Below, piece by piece: positions 57,458-64,000 of a stretch of DNA of 64,000 nt. Location: assembly GCA_963782055.1 (NCBI GenBank), contig CAWAIF010000003.1:4864001-4928000 (forward strand), given 5' to 3'. A model generated the notes under the pieces. It did not search any database. It had not been told where the DNA came from and saw only the letters and a list, made by a program, of their open reading frames with translations. Each line of letters begins with the position of its first letter. Position 1 is the first letter of the stretch. Source of the stretch: an uncultured delta proteobacterium (lineage in GTDB: Bacteria; Myxococcota_A; Polyangia; Polyangiales; Polyangiaceae). Both the position numbers and the translations under genes were made by a program.

Positions 57458-58365
57458 CGCGCCACCCCCGAGTCATCCGCGGCCTTCGAAGTCAGAGGTG
57501 GTGCGGCAGGGGCGTTCGCCGCGGGCGCCGCGCACCCGCCGAACTCGAACGGCCCGAGGCCGAAACGATCGCAGAACTGGCCATCCGGCGTGATCCCCAG
57601 CGAGACGTCCACGCCCGCTCCGACGCCGACCCCTCCGGTGACGCTCCCGTTCCCCTCCTCCCGCTTGGTCGCCTCGCCGGACGCGGCGGTGACCTGGACC
57701 GCGAGGTGCACCCCCCTGCTGCCATCGTCGTTGACGTACCCCAGCGATGCCTTGGCGCCCCCCACCTCCAGGGAGCTCCCACCCGACGGATCGGAGGACT
57801 TCATGCGAAACGCGCGGATGGCGATCTCGTTGTTGCCGCCGGCGCTCGCGCTCACCGCGCCAATCTCCAGCGAGCCGTCCTTCGCGCCCAGCGCGACCGC
57901 CTTCGCGTGTGCGGAGCCGTTCTCCACGCCGGCGGATGCCCGCGGCGCGAGCGTGTCCGGCTTGGGTGCGGGCGGCGCCGGCGGTCGCTGCGGCGCCATG
58001 TCCTTGCGCCGCTGGTACTCGGCCTCCAGCTTGCCGAGCATCGCCTGGTCGACGTCCTTGCCCGAGTAGTCGCCGGAGTGAAGCAGCTTCTTCTGCAGGG
58101 TGTCCACCCGCCTCCCGAGCTCCCTCCAGCTCAGGGCGTCGAGCGCCGGGCCATCCCCCCCGCTGCGGGCTCCCATGTTCTTGGCGAGCTCGCGGTAGGA
58201 GAGGTCGGGGATGATGCACGGCGCGTGGGACGGATCCCGCTCGCAGTCACCCTCCTTCTCGGTCGAGACGAGAGGTTGCGCGCCGCACACGCCGGTCTTC
58301 TCGTCGCACGTGGGATCTTCGTAGGTGGTCTGGGCGGTGCGGGCGCCGCGGATGGGGTCGGGCAT
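57454..58365 (-). CDS. Hypothetical protein with Gly/Ala/Val-rich beta-strand C-terminus
   Basis: 303-aa ORF, no signal peptide; GSVTGGVGVGAGVDVSLG...FC..FGLGPFEFGGC. Confidence 0.6.
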   Translation of the reverse strand: MPDPIRGARTAQTTYEDPTCDEKTGVCGAQPLVSTEKEGDCERDPSHAPCIIPDLSYRELAKNMGARSGGDGPALDALSWRELGRRVDTLQKKLLHSGDYSGKDVDQAMLGKLEAEYQRRKDMAPQRPPAPPAPKPDTLAPRASAGVENGSAHAKAVALGAKDGSLEIGAVSASAGGNNEIAIRAFRMKSSDPSGGSSLEVGGAKASLGYVNDDGSRGVHLAVQVTAASGEATKREEGNGSVTGGVGVGAGVDVSLGITPDGQFCDRFGLGPFEFGGCAAPAANAPAAPPLTSKAADDSGVAR

Positions 58366-58499
58366 GCGCGCCCATCGGCTCGGGCGCCCGGCGGGTTGCG
58401 ACCTGACGAATCGGCACGATGCGCTGGATCACGCTGCCACCGTGTCGCTCACCCGCCGCGCGCACCACCCATCGCGCGCGATCTCGCCAGCCTCTGCCC

Positions 58500-58515
58500 G
58501 GGCACGCCCCTTGCG
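58500..58515 (+). promoter_or_regulatory. Sigma54 (-24/-12) promoter candidate
   Basis: GGGCACGCCCCTTGCG (GG-N10-GC with TTGC), upstream of AAAGGAGG and ATG 58554. Confidence 0.55.
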
Positions 58516-58553
58516 ATGAGCCGCGCCCACACCATTCAAAGGAGGCACTTGCC

Positions 58554-59012
58554 ATGATCTCGACTCGCATCGTCCCCCTCGCCGCGCTCGGTTTCTTCCT
58601 GCTCGGTCCGAGCTGCGCGCCATCGGTGAGGAGCGCCCTCGCCGCCGCGCCGCACCCGGCGCAGTCACCTCGGGTCCCCGCCGTGGCGCGGAGCGTGGAG
58701 GTGGAGATCACCGACACGCCGCACGGCGGCGCCGCGAGGACCTCCCACTACGCCATGGCGATGGTGGACGACACCGGCTGGTCGCGCATCAGCGCGCGCC
58801 TCGGGACGGAGCGCCTCCTTCTTCAGGCGCGCTCCGACCGCGGGACCAGGTCCGGCGCCGTCGTCCGCGTGGAGGTGCATCGCTCCGACATGAACGGCTC
58901 CGACCTGGACCTGGAGGAGTCCACCGTCTTCTTCGCCGGGCGCCGCTCCGTCCTGGGGCACCTGGACCGCCCCGACGGCAGCGCGACGGAGGTCGCCATC
59001 GTGACGCGCTAG
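58554..59012 (+). CDS. Hypothetical secreted/lipoprotein
   Basis: AAAGGAGG RBS; hydrophobic N-terminus with GPSC. Confidence 0.65.
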   Translation: MISTRIVPLAALGFFLLGPSCAPSVRSALAAAPHPAQSPRVPAVARSVEVEITDTPHGGAARTSHYAMAMVDDTGWSRISARLGTERLLLQARSDRGTRSGAVVRVEVHRSDMNGSDLDLEESTVFFAGRRSVLGHLDRPDGSATEVAIVTR

Positions 59013-59071
59013 GACGTGGTTGACGAAGCGCCCGCCGTCCCTCAACGTGGAAGTCAGCCACGGAGGGTTCG

Positions 59072-60925
59072 ATGGGCAGGTCTTCGCTTTTCACGGTGGG
59101 CGCCGCTGGCGCCGCGCTCCTCTCGGCCGCCGCGCTCGGCCTCACGCTCGCCGGGTGCGGCTCCTCGCCGGAGTGCGACAGCTTCAACTGCGGCAACCCC
59201 GACGGGGGTGACGGCGGTCTCCCTCCGGACGACGGCTCCCCCGGCTTCGACGTGGACAACTTCCCCGACGCCGCGCAGCACACCTACGGCTGTAGCCCCG
59301 ACCTGCAGAGCGTCATCGACGAGAAGGGCAACGTGGTCTCCACCTGCCCGCCCGATGAGGGCTGCAACGGCGGCAAGTGCGTCGCCGCCTGCGACGCGGC
59401 CGCCGCCGCCCACGGCAGCGTGGGGTGCGATTTCGTCATCGCCACGCCGTCCTTCGAGCAGGGCCACAAGTCCCCCTGCTTCGTCGTCTTCCTCGCCAAC
59501 AACTGGTCGAAGGACGTGGGCATCACCGTCTCGCGCGGCGGCACGACCTACGACGTCACCAAGTTCGGCAAGATCCCCAGCGTCGGCACCGCGACGACCT
59601 CCTGGCCGGCAGTCCCCTCCACCGGCCTGCCGCCGGGCCAGGTGGCGGTCCTCTTCATGTCGAGCGACCCCAACGCCACCAACCTGAACTCCATCGCCTG
59701 CCCGGTGCCCGACGCCATCAACGCATCCACCGCGGTGTGGAACAACACCGCCATCACCGGCCGCGGCGAGGCCTTCCACGTCACCACCGACGTGCCCGTC
59801 AACGGCTACGACGTCATCCCCTACGGTGGCGCGCGGTCGTACCTGCCCAGCGCCGAGCTCCTGCTCCCGACCACCGCCTGGGGGACCAACTACATCACCG
59901 CGACGCCGCCCGCCTCCACCGGCCAGCACTGGGGGCAGATCGTCGCCGCGAAGGACAACACGCAGGTGACCATCCTGCCGACGATCGACCTGCCCGCGGG
60001 CACCAACGTGATCGCCGCCCCGAAGAACACCGCCACCAAGTACACGCTCAACGCGGGCGAGTACATCCAGTGGCAGACCAACGCCGACATCTCCGGCAGC
60101 ATCATCTCCAGCACCAACCCGGTGATGTTCTCTGGCGGCCACGGCATCTTCTGCCTCACCTCCGCCACCAGCACCGGCGGCGGCTGCGACTCCGACCACG
60201 ACATCGTCCCGCCCGTCTCCGCGCTGGGCGACGAGTACGTCGGCGCGCCGTACGTGACGCGCCGCAAGGACCTGAAGGAGGAGTCCATCCGCTACCGCCT
60301 CGTCGGCGCGGTGGATGGCACCACCCTCACCTACGACCCGGCCGTGAGCGGCGCGCCCACCTCGGCGAGCAGCGGGCAGGTGCTGGACTTCGAGGCTGTC
60401 GGCGGCTTCACCGTCAAGAGCCAGGACGACAAGCACCCCTTCTTCCTCGCGCAGATGCAGCCTGGCTGCAACGTGACCGGCGGCAGCCGCCCCGGCGTGG
60501 ACCCGCAGGCCCCCTTCGCCTCCAACAACTGCCTCGGCGACGAGGAGTGGAACATGATGGTGCCGCCCGCGCAGTTCCTCTCCAAGTACGTCTTCTTCAC
60601 CGACCCGACCTACCCCACCACCACGCTCGCCATCACCCGCAAGAAGACCTCGCAGGGCTTCGCCGACGTGACCGTGGACTGCCTGGGCACCGTCACCGGG
60701 TGGAAGCCCGTCGGCTCAGGCGGCGACTACGAGGTCGCCGGCGTGGATCTCATCCGCGCCTTCCAGCCGAACGGCAAGTGCAACAACGGCCCGCACGTCG
60801 CGTCGAGCACGGGCCCCTTCGGCCTGGTCGTGTGGGGCAACGACTCCTACTCGTCGTACGGCTACGCGGCCGGTGGCAACTTCTCCACCATCAACACCGT
60901 CGTCGTGCCGCCCGTGCCGAAGTGA
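59072..60925 (+). CDS. IgGFc-binding-domain lipoprotein
   Basis: Lipobox LAGC; SAELLLPT.AWG, PPAQFL..YVFFTDPTYP, SYGYAAG; paralog of 47248-49086. Confidence 0.85.
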   Translation: MGRSSLFTVGAAGAALLSAAALGLTLAGCGSSPECDSFNCGNPDGGDGGLPPDDGSPGFDVDNFPDAAQHTYGCSPDLQSVIDEKGNVVSTCPPDEGCNGGKCVAACDAAAAAHGSVGCDFVIATPSFEQGHKSPCFVVFLANNWSKDVGITVSRGGTTYDVTKFGKIPSVGTATTSWPAVPSTGLPPGQVAVLFMSSDPNATNLNSIACPVPDAINASTAVWNNTAITGRGEAFHVTTDVPVNGYDVIPYGGARSYLPSAELLLPTTAWGTNYITATPPASTGQHWGQIVAAKDNTQVTILPTIDLPAGTNVIAAPKNTATKYTLNAGEYIQWQTNADISGSIISSTNPVMFSGGHGIFCLTSATSTGGGCDSDHDIVPPVSALGDEYVGAPYVTRRKDLKEESIRYRLVGAVDGTTLTYDPAVSGAPTSASSGQVLDFEAVGGFTVKSQDDKHPFFLAQMQPGCNVTGGSRPGVDPQAPFASNNCLGDEEWNMMVPPAQFLSKYVFFTDPTYPTTTLAITRKKTSQGFADVTVDCLGTVTGWKPVGSGGDYEVAGVDLIRAFQPNGKCNNGPHVASSTGPFGLVVWGNDSYSSYGYAAGGNFSTINTVVVPPVPK

Positions 60926-60932
60926 GCCGAGG

Positions 60933-62973
60933 TCAAGGGCACAGCGCGTCCGAGTCCTGCGGGGCGGGCACGCGCGGTGCGCCCTTGGCGTACGTGGAGA
61001 GGAAGCACCGGTACTGGTACTTCGGCCCGCGGGTCTGGAAGACGACCTCGTGGCCGTCCTCCACGCCGTCGCCGGGCGCCTGCGTCACCACCGCGGTGAC
61101 CTTCCCCCCGCCGTCCACCGTGACGTTGCCCTGCGCCGGGTAGTCGATCGCCGAGCGCCCGGAGAAGGGCAGCACGCTCTTCACCGACGCGAACGGCGCC
61201 AGCTCCGGCGTCTGGTCGTCCAGCGTGGGGCCGAGCACGTCCAGGCCGAAGGAGAGCGAGGAGGAGTTGGCCATCGGCGGCATGATGTAGTGGTCGACAA
61301 TCCCCTGCACCATCAGCACCGAGTGCGGCGCCCCGCTCCCCCCGAGGATGCGCGAGCCGTACACCACCGGGTCGGCCGCCTCCGCCGCCCACTGCACCAG
61401 CGAGAGCGCGGGGTCGGCCTCGGTGAGATCGCGGTGCAGCGGCGCGTAGCCGATGAGCACCTCCGCCAGCGGCGCCGTCGGCACCGGGAGCTGCTTGTAG
61501 ACGACGTTGTCGATGAAGCTGCCGCCGCACCCGCTGAGGATCACCGCGCCGAAGCGCGGCTCGAACGCCGCGGCGAGCGGGGAGATGGTGGCGCCCATGG
61601 AGTGACCCATCAGCGCCAGCTTGCTGGTGTCGAAGCGCACCGTGGGCTCGGCGAGGCCTGTACACGCCGTGGCGTCGACGGTGAGGTCGTCCAGCACGTG
61701 CGCCGCCAGCACCAGCTCCAGCGCCGACTGCCGGATGTTGTCGCGGATGGCGCCGGGGTTGGAGATGTTGAAGATGAGGAAGTCCTCGTCGCCGTGGGTG
61801 GTGTTGCGCAGGCCCTCCAGCGGCCCGTCGATGGTGATCGCCGCGAACCCGGCGCGCGCGAACTCCTGCGCCGGCCCGGTCCCCGGCGTGATGGCGGGGC
61901 CGCCCGTCTGCGCCTGCACGCCGCGGTCGACCAGCGGCCAATCCCCGCCGGCGCCGGTGCTGGAGAACACCACCGTGGGGAAGCCGGCCGGCGGCATCGG
62001 CGCGCGCGGCAGGGTGACGACGACGTTCGCCGTCTCCATCCGCTGCACCACAGGGTTGCCCTGCCCGTCGAACGCCCACTGCCCGCCGGTGGTGGTGAAG
62101 GGAGGATCGCCCGCCTGGTAGTCGGGCATCTTGATCGTTGAAGAATACACGCAGTAGTCGGGGTACACGTCGGCGGGAGCGAGCGGCGTGTCCGGCTGCG
62201 GCGCGGGGCGGGAGAGCACGTCCTTGGTGAGCGTCTCCATCCCGGCGAGCGGGGTGTCGGTGCGGAAGACCGCCATCGCCGCGACGGCGGAGAGGTCGGT
62301 CAGCGGGCGGAGCACGTCGAGCGCCCCGCGCATCTCGGCGAGGGCGGCGTCCCCCACGCCCGCGGGGGCGCGACCGGCGGCCAGGTCGGCCATCGCCGGG
62401 GCGATGCCGATGGACGCGCCGCTCGCGTCGCGCACCGCGGTGGTGACCACCGCCGCGTAGCGCGTGCCCGGCCGGAGCGGCCTCCCCTGGTAGGGGAGCA
62501 CCGTGAGCAGGTGCGGGGCGCCGTACGGCCCACCGTCGTCGTCGAAGCTCACCTTCACCGGCGTGCGCTTGCCGGCGTCGGGCGACGCCGGGTCGGCGTC
62601 CACCAGGAACACCGGGGAGGACGCCGCGAGGCTGGCGAAGGCGTCGGACGGCAGCGACGTCGGGTCCAGGGCCGCCGTCGCCGTCATGAAGATGCCCGCC
62701 GTCGTGGAGAAGCCGCGCGCGTCCTTGGCCAGCAGCTCGCGCGCCGCGTCCATCACCGGCGCCGCGCCCTGGTTGGGGAAGAGCGAGAGATCGACGTGAC
62801 CGTCGGCGGTGCGTAGAATCCTCCGAGGGAGCCGGCGCGGAGTAGAAGCCGCCCGCGCGGGTGAAGTCCATCTGGATGGTCGTCGCCGACGCAGTCTGGT
62901 CGGAGCTGCAACCCGGGGCAGCGAGGCAGAGGGTGGCGAGGGCGACGAGCAGTACTTGACTCGCCCCGCGCAT
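60933..62973 (-). CDS. Alpha/beta-hydrolase lipoprotein with N-terminal Ig-like region; +1 frameshift at 62817-62818
   Basis: Lipobox APGC and F...PAPSED in the 62973 frame continue after one extra T as LRTADGHVDLSLFPN into the 60933 frame; GHSMG, DGH. Confidence 0.75.
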
Positions 62974-62975
62974 GC

Positions 62976-63998
62976 CTACGGCCCAATCTCCTTGGAGATG
63001 CCGTCCTTGCCGGCGGACGTCGCCCCGGAGCTCGTGCCGCCGAAGCCGGAGGGCCCGAGGGTGTAGGCGGCCTGCTTGACCTCCGGGGAGAGACCCTCCA
63101 CCCACACGCCGACGCTCGGACCGCCGCCGCCGCCGCCGCCCGCGCCGCCGCGGCCGCCCTTGCGACCGTCCCCGCCAGGGCCGCCGACGCCAATCTCGCT
63201 GCTGCCGCCGCTGCCGCCGGCCGCGCCGTTGCCGGGGAGGCCGCCGTCGCCGCCGGTGCCGCCGGAGCCGCCCGCGCCGCCGCCGAGGGTGACGAGCTGC
63301 GCGCCGTCCAGCGTCAGGGTGCTGCGGATGGAGACCAGCGCGATGGAGCCGCCGCCGCCGCTGCCGGCCACGCCCTTGGTGCCGCCGCACCCGCCTGCGC
63401 CGCCGCCGCCGCCGCCGTTGCCCGAACCGTCGATGCACGAGAAGCTCGTCTGGCCCGAGGACCCGCCGCCACCGCCGCCGCCGGGGCCGAAGGTGCCATC
63501 GGTCCCGTCGGTGCCGTTCGCCGGCACGTACAGGTAGCTCTGCGGGTCGAAGGCGCCGAAGGCCGCGCCGCCCTTGCCGTCGACGCCGGGATCGCCATCG
63601 TTGGCGCCCACGTCGCCCTTGGTGCCGTTCTGCGGGGTGCAGCTCCCCGTGGCACCGCCTGCGCCGCCCAGCACGCCGGCGGCGCTGGGACCTCCGGCGG
63701 AGCCCTTGAAGTCCGGGTCCTGGCCGCCCTTGCCCCCCACGCCGCCGTTGGCGTCGGTGCAGTCGGCGTTCTGCCCGGCGTCGCCGCCGGTGCCGGGCTG
63801 GCTCTGGTTGTCGACGTTGCCGCCACCGCCGGTCGTGCCGCCGGAGCCGTCGCTGCCCTTGGCTCCCGCCGTCCCCGCCGCGCCCGCCGCGCCGTGGCCT
63901 GCGGCCAGGACGGTCTGGTCCTCGATGGACAGGGCGGTGGAGTCGGCGGCGAGCAGGGCGATGGATGCTCCGCCGGGCGCCACGCCGTCCGCGGCGTT
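62976..63998 (-). CDS. Glycine-rich PGRS-like protein (5' end outside window)
   Basis: GGASIAL, GGGGGGAGGCGG, GGGSIAL, GGGGGGPS repeats; frame open to window edge. Confidence 0.8.
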   Translation of the reverse strand, partial: NAADGVAPGGASIALLAADSTALSIEDQTVLAAGHGAAGAAGTAGAKGSDGSGGTTGGGGNVDNQSQPGTGGDAGQNADCTDANGGVGGKGGQDPDFKGSAGGPSAAGVLGGAGGATGSCTPQNGTKGDVGANDGDPGVDGKGGAAFGAFDPQSYLYVPANGTDGTDGTFGPGGGGGGGSSGQTSFSCIDGSGNGGGGGGAGGCGGTKGVAGSGGGGSIALVSIRSTLTLDGAQLVTLGGGAGGSGGTGGDGGLPGNGAAGGSGGSSEIGVGGPGGDGRKGGRGGAGGGGGGGPSVGVWVEGLSPEVKQAAYTLGPSGFGGTSSGATSAGKDGISKEIGP

Positions 63999-64000
63999 GA

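Noticed and set aside
62976..63998. GCC/GGC runs as slippage repeats
   Set aside because: Trinucleotide poly-Gly coding of a PGRS-like protein; length change would not shift the frame.
1..64000. tRNA, rRNA, transposase, integrase, phage or known defence genes
   Set aside because: None recognised by eye; intergenic gaps are short. A covariance-model scan would be needed to exclude small RNAs.

Overview
Very GC-rich bacterial DNA, densely coding (about 56 CDS). The many lipoproteins with DAG/DGG linkers, Cys-rich repeats, IgGFc-binding, RCC1 and PGRS-like proteins and a Hanks-type kinase point to a myxobacterium (Polyangiaceae/Labilithrix-like; inference). Recognisable housekeeping genes: polyphosphate:AMP phosphotransferase, lspA, mgtA, mgtE, a ClC-CBS transporter, Zn-ADH, SDRs, an AbmA-type monooxygenase/reductase, an S10 peptidase and an archaeal-type TrmY. 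No rRNA, tRNA, CRISPR array, transposase or integrase was recognised. The most striking element is a lower-GC four-gene operon at about 43.2-45.9 kb (minus strand). It consists of two diverged copies of a module [Asp-box/BNR secreted lipoprotein + 14-Cys small lipoprotein]. Its first gene carries a (CAGG)7 tract just after an SD-led ATG; 7 units put the gene out of frame and 6 or 9 restore it, so this is a candidate phase-variable surface locus. Also notable: two +1 frameshifts at the same GAT-T-CT context, many apparently leaderless genes, a REP-like mosaic, two Thr-type sulfatase-like proteins and a membrane-tethered ECF sigma factor. All family assignments are from motif recognition by eye; no database search was run.
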